Positions 12,300 to 28,000 of a stretch of DNA of 64,000 nucleotides are shown piece after piece. Positions within the stretch are counted from its first letter, which is position 1; each line of letters opens with the position of its first letter. Position numbers and translations under genes: made by a program. The stretch lies in NCBI GenBank assembly GCA_907165135.1, contig OU015568.1, forward strand, positions 13,702,001-13,766,000, given 5' to 3'. The stretch is from Oikopleura dioica (taxonomy: Eukaryota; Animalia; Chordata). The notes under the pieces were generated by a model. The model was not told the origin of the DNA. It did not search any database and worked only from the letters and a program-made list of their open reading frames with translations.

Positions 12300-14210
12300 A
12301 GCAAATTAACGATCAAGCTCCAATGATTGACGGAATACTGGTTGAAAGCCGAGATGAGAAAGAGTACCTGCTCCTCGACGACCAAAAAGACTCCGACTCA
12401 GAAACCGACCTATAGACACAAACCTCTGCAACCTACGAAGAATACGCAAACCTATGTTAGTTCCATACCTTATCAATGTTCTCCTAGCAGCACTAAATTA
12501 ATCATAGCTTCAAAACTTTCTTTTATTTCTCCATCATGCCTTTTAATTCTTTCTATTTTGTTTGATTACAGTTCAACTCTTTTGCGTTCTATCAACAAAA
12601 ATTCATCGTTCAAAGTAATAAATTCCCTCAGCAACTCGACGGAACAAAACATTTGTTGTTTATTTCAAGAATTTGTTTTGTTTCCGAGCATTTTGAGCTC
12701 GTACTCGTTGTTGAGTCTATTTTGCAGGCTAATAATAAGATGGTCGATCTTGCTTTGGATGCTTTTGACAACCTTCTCTCGGTGCAGATTATTCTCGCTG
12801 TAGTGACCAAGATGCTCATCATATACATAGATGAGTATAAATGCCATGGAAGCGCAAATGCAATACGCAATCTTATCTAGGATCAGCCTCGAAAGCTTTC
12901 AAAAGATATATTAAAGTTTCTGATCCAAAACAATAAGACAGAAATGAATTCAAAGGGATTCATTCTGATAAAAAGTTAGCCAGAAGGTTAATTATTCTAC
13001 CTCTACCTCTGAAGAATCACTTCGTGAGTGACACTTTTGCACCGAACCGGACCTTTTCTGATCATTCTCTAATAAGATTTTTTGATAATATTCTCGCTCG
13101 AGGTAATGAGCTACTCTGATATTTATTAGCAGACAGATGAGATTTCAGAAATCAGATCACGCTTGTCAAACCAGGAGGGCGTCGGGTACCTGATGAACTC
13201 TGGGTTCTCGTGAAGCACATAGTTCTGTGAAAATATTCGAAAAATGTCATCTAACTCGAATGATACCTTATTTTCTGTTTTGTCATCGAATTTTGAATGC
13301 TTTGCCGGGGTCCATCTTGGCTTTGCATTTGTTGCTGGTCGTCCAGCTTTCCCTCGGAAGTCTCTCCTGACAGTTGTTATATCCTGAAAGGCCGGGAGCA
13401 CATCTGGTCTTTTAACGGATTATAATAATCTCTCGTTTAGATAAAAGGGTAATTAATTGTAAGCTCTCCTATAGCGTGCTCTTTTCAGCATTTCATTATA
13501 CAGTTCAATCGCAGTGCGGTCTTTTTCGATCGGAGTTCGGAAATCATTTCGATAGCTAAAAGCATCATACACTTAGGCAAAAAACTCGACCTACCGTGAT
13601 CTACTAAGAACATCTCTGCCCTCTCCAACAGCAAGTTTATCTGTTGGTTTTTTATTTGATGCTGGCCTTCCTGCTGACCACTTTCTGTAGTCAACACGAT
13701 GCGTTGTCCGATCACCTTTTAGCGGATAGAAACAGTAAACAAGAGCCGCCGCTTGGCGACAGTAAGTGTTTCTATCATTTCCTAATGGCGCGGATGATGG
13801 CTTGTAAATTTCGCGCCTTGGGACTGGTCTATGAGCTGAATGTGGTCTGTAGTCCACCTAAATTCTGCATTTATGTGAAAAGCATTTTATGATAAACCTT
13901 CATCGTTGTTTCGTCCGCAAGAGGCTCTTTTGCCCTGTTAAAGTTGCAAGTCCAGGAAGTAAAAGTGGGCTTGAGTTGTTCTGTTGTCTTTAAAAAATAC
14001 AAAATATATTCCAAGAGAAATTCACGAGCTTGCCTTTGGTCGAGTAAATTCTCTTTCAATTTCAGTTTGGAAATTTCTGGGCATTCGGTAATTTGCAAAT
14101 GTGGGCATTCTTCTCCGTTGAAACCTGAAACATTTCTCTCAACTAAAGGTTGACCTAAAAGCCTTACCATGGCTTTTTCTGGGTCTTTTCGGGCTCCATG
14201 GAAAATCACT
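12300..14210 (-). CDS. Probable exons of an unidentified minus-strand gene
   Basis: Several 80-110 aa minus-strand ORFs with protein-like composition (13871-14209, 13126-13401) separated by AT-rich gaps. No family motif recognised. Confidence 0.25.
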
Positions 14211-16676
14211 ATTAGCGTTTTGGATGATCTGTTAGCGCTTGTTGTGTGGCGCTTTCAAACAAAGCATGCCAAATTCAACGAAATAAAACCGCTGGATTTA
14301 AGTTACTACGATCGTAGTTTACAGTAAATGCCCAATTTAAAGAGAATTTCCTGATCTGCTATTCTCGATTCTCCCACACTTTAATTGATTATGATGGGCT
14401 CCCGCAAATATTCGTTCCAAAATTTCGGTGTTCAAATTTCACGGAGGTCGATGGAGAATCAGATACTAGAAAGTGGAAATGTCCACCATGTATTCCCATA
14501 AAACTCGCCAAATTGCTATAAAAGAGACCATTGAAATTGGTGATTTCTATCGCTTCCAGTTTTATGTTGCATGGTTACTCGCATTATTAGATTTATAGCT
14601 CCTGAAATCGAAAGACATCCAAGCTGAAGCAGGGTAGATTCTAATGATCTTGTCCGAAAATGGAATCCTCCAGGCTCAAAAGTCATCCTTTACTAATTCT
14701 ATCAAGGTGAGATTTCTAATTTGTGCTCCCGTTTGCAATATTTTTTTCCAGAACCATGTACGCAAAACACTTGTCGGTCGTTATATCACCTTCCCGGTTA
14801 ATTAGGTTTCCTGTACGCTTTTCCTGGTGTGAAGAAAATAAATTCCCCGGACATGGCGTGTAAGTGTGGAAGTGTCCCTAGAACACATGTAAACAAATGT
14901 AAATTTTGCGTTGAAAATAAAAATCAGATTTGACGCTAGAAAAAAAGGGTGAGAGATTTAGGTCGAGCAGCCGGTGCCACGAGATCGGATCCAGATCGAT
15001 GGAGTTCGACGTAAACAGAGGAGATGTTCGCGGCTAAATAGGACACTTAGCGGCCCGATTGAGCTTGAACAACGGACAAATGCACTAAATTTACTAACAA
15101 AAGCAAATACTGTACGAGGCCTTTTGTCTTAACGCTTTCACTTGTGTATTTGTTCATTCTGATGATTTTCGCAAATACAGGGCTAGTTTCACTTTTGAAG
15201 TGTCGATTAGTACTTCAATAAATGTAACCATGGCGTGCCGCGAATTGTCGAAAACATGGGCCATGATAGCTGATCATTTGCCTCGGTTATCTGAACCTGT
15301 GTGAAAGATGTGCCCTAGAATCATACGCACACGATAATCCCTTCTTGGTGATGCTATGCTGCAACGCTCAATTGCACAATCTGGGATGGGCTGTTTGACT
15401 TGTAATTGCGACTTATCCGGCAACCTTAGCCTTCAGCGCAAATCACCTCATCTCGTCCCCACTCATGCGAGTCTTGTGGGAACAAGTTCCAGAGGTCTTG
15501 TTTTGCCTAAATTACGAGAGCTTTTCTTGTCGATCCCTATCGAGTAATCGCTCACTGGAAAATATATTTGAGACTTTCAAATCGACTTTTCTATTTTCTA
15601 AAAGAAAATCAGCGTTAATTAAAAGTGCACCCCGTAGTTAGGTTCATTTTCCTCGCCTCAGGAAGCATCGAACTTGGGCACTTCCGTTGCACCATTCCAA
15701 ATAATTTCCATGGAAAAAGGCACCTTGACCGGATCGATGGCGAATTTCGATTTCAAATTACCAAGTTGAGCTCAATTATGCAGCTCGAGTGGCGAAGGGC
15801 TCAATTAGGGACTCTAGCTCGGAAGTGGACCGTTGAAGTGTGATATAGAGTCCAGAATTTTTTCAATAAAAGCTTTGACTTCCGTTTGTCTTTGAACGAG
15901 AAACTGTCAGTTTCCGGGAAGGAGGATAAGGTGCAAGAGCAGACGGCGCGATCGGAAGTCGCCATAATCTGATTATGCTTTTGATGCGAGCCATGTTCTG
16001 CACCTGACCTAAGTAGGACACCGAAAGATCTATCAAGCTCTGATGCCAAGCGATCTCTGGCTCACAATTTAGCTCGGTATTGACACTCGCTTACGGCATC
16101 TTAAATTTAGCGAGAAGTTTAGCGAATTCTGTATGAAGATGAACGACAAGAATATTGACATAGAACTCCTCGACAAGGATTCTTATTGTAAAATTTTGAT
16201 AGATATTTCAATGATTACTTTAGTATTAATGAGTTCGCAGTTGTTCACGATTTCCTCATTAAACTTTGAACATTTCGATTCCTTTTGTGCATTCAAATCT
16301 TTGAAACGCAGATTTGATGCAAGTAGTATTAGTTCAATTTGTGGAAGATCTTTTGTTACAATTTTTGAACATATAATATGTTACATATTGAAAATGATAT
16401 TTTAGAAGCATTGTATTTTTATTCCAGCATTTTGTGGCCTACTAGAATTCTGATAAGATGAAACAAACTTCCGATAGCGATCCTAACTGATTCCATCCGT
16501 CGGTGCAGGTGCTGGTGTGGCGCAATTTGCGCCCTCGCGCGCCTAGCGCTCCGTCGATCAGCCCTTCTAAATCCTGCTTCTGGAATCGAAACAGTCATTA
16601 CCAATCTCTTCCTCCAAAAGTTACAAAACAAAGGTTTACGTTAGAGTTTTTACAAGAGAGAAACACGCAACCAAAT

Positions 16677-17907
16677 ATGCCCGGCTTAAACTTTTCTGTC
16701 GACTGGATCATTTCGGACTCAAGCCGACAAAACTCCGTCGGTTCTCCCAGTTCAGCGAGCTCCGACGGAAGTTCTAGCCCGACACAAACAGGTAAGCAGG
16801 AGAAAAATAATTATTTTATAATTCGAAGTAGTACAGAAGTCGAAGCCAGATCATTTAAATATGCACACAGTGATAATATAATTAGAAATATATTCGAGTG
16901 ATTATCGAGTTGGGTGCATATTTTAGTATTTATTTTCCTCTCAATCGGCGCACACCGCAGTGAGTGTTTAATAAGGATTCAATTGTTAATAAACCAGGGC
17001 CGAGAATCTGAACTGCTTCTCCGAACGGACATTAGCAATCTTTAGCATGAGCAATAAAAAGAGTTTATCAAATTTTGAATTTTCAGTGAATCCGACACAA
17101 CCCTTTGGTGTCCCATTTGGCTTTCTTCACCCAGCTCTTCTTTTGCATCAACAACAGCAAGCCCAACAGCAAGCTATGCTCTTGCAACAGCTCCAACTAA
17201 AACAACGACAGCAACAAGTAGCGGCGATGCAACACACCAAACTCGACCAAGAGATAAAACAAGAGCTCACTGCGAAGAGTAACAAGCGCGAAAAATCCGT
17301 CAACCGACTTTCCACAGGACCACCATCAGGTAAAACTTCGTTGATAAGCATCAGACCTTGTAAAGTCATGGGAGCGTGAATTGGTCACACTTTCGAGAGA
17401 ATCTAGATCAGAACAATCTTTACAGAGCCATTTAGATTCATCGGAAGGTTCCGCATCTCCACCAGCGAAATCGCCTCCAAAATCGGACGACAACAAACCT
17501 ACTCTTGTTTCTAACCTCAGAAGACATAAACGAGATCGTAAACCCCGAACTCCCTTTTCCAGCGAGCAGTTAGAACGACTTGAATCAAGATTCGCAGAGA
17601 AGCAGTACTTGACAATTCCAGAGCGAGCAGAATTCTCTAATGAGCTGAATCTCACTGAAACTCAGGTAAAATATTTTCGTAAAACAATTTTTAATTATTT
17701 TTCTAGGTTAAAATTTGGTTTCAAAATAGGCGAGCTAAGCAGAAACGACTCGCCGAGGCCGAAATTGAAAAGGTAAAATCCGACTTTGACGAAATTGAAA
17801 ATAATTGCCAAATTCAGGTTCGCTACATGGTCGGAACTGCACAAGCACAAGCTCGACTCGGCCTTCTAGGCTCGCACTTTCCCGGTATCAGCTCACCGAT
17901 GCCCTGA
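16677..17907 (+). CDS. MSX: Msx homeobox transcription factor (5 exons)
   Basis: eh1-like FSVDWII, poly-Q, homeodomain [50 protein letters not shown]|[14 protein letters not shown], followed by LAEAEIEK. Confidence 0.9.
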
Positions 17908-18408
17908 GAAGTCGCATTCCTAACTGAGTATTTGTTCCAATTTTGAGATCAATGGCATCTCATCTTTTCGCGATTTCATTCTTACAGTCACTTCTTTGCT
18001 TCAATCTTATTCCTTTTGTAAATTCTCATATATCTGTCTGAAACTAATAAAAGCTGTATATTGATCGTTTAATTTCGAGGTCTAAAGCTCAAAGAAAATT
18101 TCATTTATTGCGCAGCAGGAATGATTCTTTCTAGTTTTTTATTGATTCATAGCTTTGGCGATATTGAAATCAAGGAAGACTCAAGACACTTATATTTGAA
18201 CGTATCACTTTGCTCATAAATCTACGCGTTTCTTCGTGCTTGGCATGTGAAAGAGGGTACCAGGTGGAGGAGGCGATAGTTGACACCTCATAATTTTTAC
18301 AAATGTTAAAATTTGTTCGGATGTAGCATTTCGTCTAGCATATGAGACAGAACGCCTTAGAGATCAGCGAAAAAAGAGTAGAAAATGGTAGTGAAACAGC
18401 ATGATCAG

Positions 18409-22166
<3,758 letters not shown>

Positions 22167-22348
22167 CTGTAAATTTTTGATTCTTCATTTAAATACTGCA
22201 GATAAAATTTGAAAAAATACATTTATTTTTTCATATGAGGAATTGTCTTGTTGCTGTGACAGCAATGCTGTCGGGATGTTTTTGCTGAAGATAGAACTCT
22301 TCGGGTTGACCAAGTTGGTTTATAAGGAGGCTAGAACCAGCTACTTCC

Positions 22349-22468
22349 GCTTAGCGTCATACCGCGTAGAATAAACCAGTTCTCGTCCGATCACTGAAGT
22401 CAAACTACTACGGGCGGGGTTAGTACTTACATGGGTGACCGGTTGGGAATACCTCGTGCGCTAAGCAT
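22349..22468 (+). rRNA. 5S rRNA gene, copy 1
   Basis: GCTTAGCGTCATACC..TCTCGTCCGATC..GAAGTCAA..GGTTAGTACTT..GGGTGACCG..GGGAATACC..GCGCTAAGC: terminal stem, A/C-box positions and a downstream T-run. Confidence 0.9.
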
Positions 22469-22614
22469 TTTACTTTTTTGAAACGCTGACTATTCTTTTT
22501 TTCGAGGATACATTCAGCCTCTGAATTTCAGAGTCGTGTTGTTGAAGAATCAACTCATCAGTAATCGAAAAAAGTCACCATGTTTGAGTAAAGCAAGTAT
22601 TGAGCGTTGTGCTT

Positions 22615-22736
22615 GCGTGGCGGGCGGCGTGGCACTTGTGAAAAAGCGCCCTCTACCGCGCGCTTTTCTGAAAAGAGGCCGAAAATAGGAGCGTGCAGCG
22701 ACAAAACGACCTCGAAATCAAGCAGCCCTTCTCTGT
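22615..22736 (+). promoter_or_regulatory. Conserved upstream region of the SL RNA gene (putative snRNA-type promoter)
   Basis: GCGGGCGGCGTGGCA..AAAAGCGCCCT..GGAGCGTGCAGCGACAAAACGACCTCGAAATCAAGCA is almost invariant in all five cassettes, while the spacer next to 5S varies. Confidence 0.55.
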
Positions 22737-22829
22737 ACTCATCCCATTTTTGAGTCCGATTTCGATTGTCTAACAGGTAAGAATCGTCTCCATGCCCTCT
22801 CTCTCCTATCCCTCTCGCCTCTTACAACT
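22737..22829 (+). ncRNA. Spliced-leader RNA gene, copy 1 (leader exon 22737-22776; 3' end approximate)
   Basis: 40-nt ACTCATCCCATTTTTGAGTCCGATTTCGATTGTCTAACAG followed by donor GTAAGA. Matches the O. dioica SL as I recall it, and is 5S-linked. Confidence 0.9.
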
Positions 22830-22899
22830 TCTTGAAAGAAAACCATCCCGCAGCCAAGCGGCCTGACACCTTTTTAGGCTGTGTTGACGTGCTTTTTAG

Positions 22900-24340
22900 G
22901 TTGTGCAATTTATTTCACCCACTTCCTCACTTTTAGACCCAGAATACGATCCATATTTGAAATCAGTGGAGAAAATCTAGAAACTTGACCGTTTTAGTTT
23001 TCGAAATTCACTTCCGGTTACGATTCTAGAGCCGGAAGTAGGCGAAATTTCGGAGTCATGGTAAAGTGTGACCTATCAAATTGATGCGCAGAAAATTCTC
23101 AGTCATCTCATCATCAATTAATTTGAAGAAACAGTCCCAAACGCAGTTAAACTGACCGGTAAAATTATGAAAAAAGCAGGATTTAATGAGAAATTTTTCT
23201 ATTTTCACCGGTATTTTACCGGCGGTTTTTGACCGCGGTTTGACTCGGTTCCGATTACTTATAACTGGACATGTTGTAAGCTTCAATTTGATAGGTCATA
23301 TGCACGTTTTTCATATAAATTTCGTGATCTTCCGGCTCTAGAATCGTAACCGGAAGTGAATTTCGAAAACTAAAACGGTCAAGTTTCTAGATATTTTTAC
23401 TGATTCCAAATATGTATGGTGTTCTGGGTCTTAAAATGAGGTAGTGGGTGAAATAAATTGCACAACCTTAAAAAGCACGTCGTTATCTTTCTAGCCCGCT
23501 TCATTCTTATCGGTCTTCACGGTATAAATACTGTAACACGATACCTTTATGGAATCAGCGAGAAAAAGAATCGAGGTCACAATTATCCAAACTCCTAAAT
23601 TTTCTCCGCTTCCGCCTCTAGAATCCGACCGGAAGTAGAATTTTCGAAAAATAAAACGGTCCTTAGAATTTCTTCTAAGAGGCAGAAGCCTGTAACTACA
23701 GTATTTATACCGTGAAGACCGATAAGAATGAAGCGGGCTAGAAAGATAACACAGACGCGCTTTTTTAAGGTTGGGCAAGTTATTTCACCCACTTCTTGAT
23801 TTTAAACCCTGGAACACCATACATATTCGGAATCAGCAGGAAATTTTAAGAACTTTGACCGTTTTAGTTTCCAAAATTTCCACTTCCGGTCCGATTCTAG
23901 AGCCGGAAGTTGACAAAATTTTGAGTTTGGCCAACTTGTGACCTATCAAATTGATGCTCAGAAAATTTTGAGTAAACTCATCTTAAAATCATTCAAAGAA
24001 ACCGTTCCAACCGCAGTAAAACCGACCGGCAAAACTAGGAAAAAGGCATAAATTTCTGATTTTTCTTTCAGTTTTTAGCGGTTGATTTGACCGCGGCCGG
24101 CATTGATTCTTCTCTCAGATGATAGGAAATCTTCTGAGAATCAATTTGATAGGTCACAAGTTGGCCAAACTCAAAAATTTCGTCAACTTCCGGCTCTAGA
24201 ATCGGACCGGAAGTGGAAAATTTGGAAACTAAAACGGTCAAAGTTCTTAAAATTTCCTGCTGATTCCAAATATGTATGGTGTTCCAGGGTCTAAAATAAA
24301 GAAGTGGGTGAAATAACTTGCCCAACCTTAAAAATAGCGC
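22900..24340. mobile_element. Three adjacent MITE-like hairpins (~22900-23470, ~23480-23750, ~23760-24340)
   Basis: Each segment is its own inverted repeat. The outer two share TATTTCACCCAC near their termini and TCTAGAGCCGGAAG cores; a related core is in the middle one. Confidence 0.65.
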
Positions 24341-24398
24341 GTCACAGCCTAAAAAAAGGTGTCAGGCCGCTTGGCTGCGGGATGGTTTTCTTTCAAGA

Positions 24399-24491
24399 AG
24401 TTGTAAGAGGCGAGAGGGATAGGAGAGAGAGGGCATGGAGACGATTCTTACCTGTTAGACAATCGAAATCGGACTCAAAAATGGGATGAGT
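24399..24491 (-). ncRNA. Spliced-leader RNA gene, copy 2 (leader 24491-24452)
   Basis: Exact reverse complement of the copy-1 leader plus GTAAG. Confidence 0.9.
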
Positions 24492-24760
24492 ACAGAGAAG
24501 GGCTGCTTGATTTCGAGGTCGTTTTGTCGCTGCACGCTCCTATTTTCGGCCTCTTTTCAGAAAAGCGCGCGGTAGAGGGCGCTTTTTCACAAGTGCCACG
24601 CCGCCCGCCACGCAAGCACAACGCTCAATACTTGCTTTACTCAAACATGGTGACTTTTTTTCGATTACTGATGAGTTGATTCTTCAACAACACGACTCTG
24701 AAATTCAGAGGCTGAATGTATCCTCGAAAAAAAGAATAGTCAGCGTTTCAAAAAAGTAAA

Positions 24761-24880
24761 ATGCTTAGCGCACGAGGTATTCCCAACCGGTCACCCATGT
24801 AAGTACTAACCCCGCCCGTCGTAGTTTGACTTCAGTGATCGGACGAGAACTGGTTTATTCTACGCGGTATGACGCTAAGC
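24761..24880 (-). rRNA. 5S rRNA gene, copy 2
   Basis: Reverse complement of the 5S sequence, followed by a T-run. Confidence 0.9.
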
Positions 24881-25097
24881 GGAAGTTGCTGGTTCTAGCC
24901 TCGTTATAAACCAACTTGGTCAACCCGAAGAGTTCTATCTTCAGCCAAAACATCCCAACAGCATTGCTGTCACAGCAACCAGACAATTCCTCCTGCGATA
25001 ATCTGATAGAAAATAAAAAATTCCAAGATGAACATGTAAGCTTAGCCGGATATGCTTTGTGCAGTTTATTGAAGTAAAGAATTGAACTTGCTACAGC

Positions 25098-28000
25098 TTA
25101 GTAAAAACCTTGCGGTCCCGGGCCCATATTAAAAGGCGGTACATTATTGAACTGCATATTGTCGTATTGCTCCGGTCCAGGTCCGTGTTGTCCTGGATGA
25201 GGTCCTGGAGGACCTTGCATATGAGGAGGAATCTGCTGTCCAGGGGGGCCGAAACCGTTCGGCATCTGTCCTTGAGGAGGGCCTTCCATAAATTGAGGTT
25301 GGTTGAAGTTTTGACTGAAGAAAGAAAGTTAGTACTCGATCTTTTCTTTTGAGCTTACATTTGACCAGGATCTGCAAATCCACCTTGGTAGCTGCCTTGT
25401 CTCTGGTGCGGATTGTTCATTTGAGGAGGAGGAGGTTGAATGTGTTGTGGCGGCATGTTTGACATCTGATTGTGTTGTGGAGGCGGCATGCCTTGAGATC
25501 CAACGAAAGAGCCCACATGGCTGCCTGGATACGAGGGTCTTGGGACGTCATAAGTCGAGTCTGGAGGCGTTGCGATCGCTGGCGAGAACTGATGTGATGG
25601 CCTGACCATATCGTAGTTTCCCTGAGTCATCATTTGCTGTAGCATCATCTGTTGATTAAACCTTAATTTTCTAATAACAAAAAATAATAAAAATAGTGAC
25701 GTACCCTTCCAGATTCATGCTAGGCGTCCTCTGAACGCTGCTGTTCGGCGGCATCATCATCATTTGTGACCCCGTCATTGATCCAGCAATCGAAGCGTGT
25801 CGCACGATTCCGGAACTGTTCATTTGATTCAAGGCACTTGCGGTTGGTAGATTAGTAGAGCGCATACTCAGCGAGCTCTGAAGACCCATTCTGTTCATAC
25901 TGGGGGCTTGCCCTTTTTCGTATTTAGAAACTTTGCGCAAAATACTCTTCGGCTCGTTTTCTTGGGCTTTTTCAAATGTCTGAGCGACTTCTGCATCCAA
26001 ATCATCTTCATTATCTTCGCCAGATTCAGACTCAACTTGAGAAGGCTTTGCAATGTCATCATCATCATCTTCATCGCTTGAGCTAGAGCCGTTTTCTGAC
26101 TCGTTTTCAACTGGGATCGGTTCTTGATTTTCCTGGTCTATTGTCAAAGCGTTCATCATTGCTCTCCGTTCAGCTCTCTGTCGGGCGAATTCGGCCTCAC
26201 GGGCTTCGCGCTCGCGCTCTAGTTGAGCCAACTGCTCAACCTTTTCTTGCTCAGCTCGTTCGTTCCTTGCATGGCGCTGGACAGCTTCAAGGTGTTTTCG
26301 TTGACGCTCTCTCTTTTTCTTGTGGATAACGCAGACGATACATAGAACGAGCGCCAAGAGTATGATAAATCCAGCAGCGCAGCCAGCAATCACAAAGGGG
26401 AGCAAACTTGAAGTTTCCTGGATATCATCGATGCATTTGAAGATAGATGTTGTTCCAACACTGATTGTTGTTTTTCCTGCAGGACAACTAAAGCACTTGG
26501 ACGTACCAGGAATCTCTTGATATTCTCCGATTCTGCAAAGCTCACACTCATTTCCATATAATCGTGATCCTTTTGGACACTTCAAACATCCATCTTTCAC
26601 GACTTTATGGCCATCATCGCAAATGAGCTGTCCTAGAATTGGAGACGAACTGTACGCACTGTAGCTAGGAAGCTCTTCCGCTTTTTGAGCGATGTATTCC
26701 TCCTGGTCAGAGCCAGTTAGTGTCAAAGAACCTTCTACCGCTGCGACTCTTATATCTTCTAGAACAAGATCGAGATACGACAAAACGGTAGCTGTAGTCT
26801 TCATGTTCTCAGTTTCCTCGATTTCGACGGTGATGTTGAGCCTGATCTTTTCTTCATTCTCGCATTCTATTTGCAAAAATGACTCTGGTCTTTCACAGAA
26901 GCCTGCTCGAGCTTTTGTCTCACATCGAGGTTGATTTTGAATCTGTGGTTTCATAACTGCAATCGAACTTTTGTAAAAGCTTGGATCAGGAATGCAAGGC
27001 GCATCGTATGTAAGTTGGATTGTTTTGGACGCACCGGCGATCGCTGGTTTTTGGCATACGTTCGCATCAAGAGCGGGCAGCCAAATGTGCTCCTCATGTT
27101 GCAGTGACGTAAAATTGCATGTCATTTGAGGGAGATAAAGAGCATTCTCGTATCCGTCGCTGCAGAAGACTTGGCAGTGCTGAACGAAATTGTCAGCATC
27201 AGTCTGGCACATCAATTCGGAATTCGGAGGTTTCGGAGGATATCCACACCCCATTTTCGGCCGCTCTTGTTTGACCATCACTTCAAAGCCGCACGTTGCC
27301 GAATTTCCAAATTGATCCGTAGCCGTGATCAGAATCTCATGAATACCGATGGGGAAGAAACCAGGTTCATGGCTCATCGTTATGTTCAAATTCGAAGCAC
27401 CCAAGTTGTCTTTGAACTCTGGCATCGGCCACTCAACATAAGAGGTCAAGTCTTTTCTGAAGCTAGAAATGACCATCTCGTTTGGGCAGAAAACCAGTCT
27501 CGGAGGCTCTGTATCAATAATATCCACGAGAAATCCGCATTTAACGGTATCATTGGTGATCGAATCATACGCTTCGAATTCAACCATTTGTTGTTTTCCA
27601 GCTCTCAATTTCTTTGGAGTAGACTTAGATCTTACGACATCAAGATCGACTCCGCCAGAATTTGCAGTGAGATTGAACCTCGTATTGTCAATAGTCGAAA
27701 ACGTATAGCCTCCATCTAACTGTAGCTCAATGCCGTTGTCAGTATACTCCGGACAATTCGCGAATTCCGCCACAATCTCTGGAAGTGTCTCAGTGGTAGT
27801 CCCAGTAGTAGTCGTTGGCGTTGTTGGCGTTGTTACTGTCACTGTAGACGTCGTTGTTGTCGAGTTTGTCACGGAAGTGACTGGTGGTTTATCCTCTATT
27901 ATTTCATAATCGTAATTACTTATGTCGTAGTCGTATTCGGAATCCGTCTCATTGAAGTTGTCAACGTATGAATCAAAATCAGACTCATCAATAATAATCG

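Larger units (their letters stand above)
22237..24992. repeat. 2.75-kb palindrome: 5S-SL (+) / three MITE hairpins / SL-5S (-)
   Basis: Arms GAGGAATTGTCT..(22237) and ..AGACAATTCCTC (24992) are near-identical reverse complements for ~640 bp. Confidence 0.9.

Noticed and set aside
14340-16100. Possible small Cys-rich exons (+) and short ORFs upstream of Msx
   Set aside because: I could not assemble a consistent in-phase model; the region may be Msx regulatory DNA or an unrecognised gene.
17150-17220. CAA/CAG repeat as a distinct element
   Set aside because: It is the ordinary poly-Q tract of the Msx coding exon.
22845-22875. GC-rich CCATCCCGCAGCCAAGCGGCCTGACACC after SL copies 1/2 as a tRNA or snRNA
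   Set aside because: No cloverleaf, A/B boxes or Sm site, and it is absent after copies 3-5.
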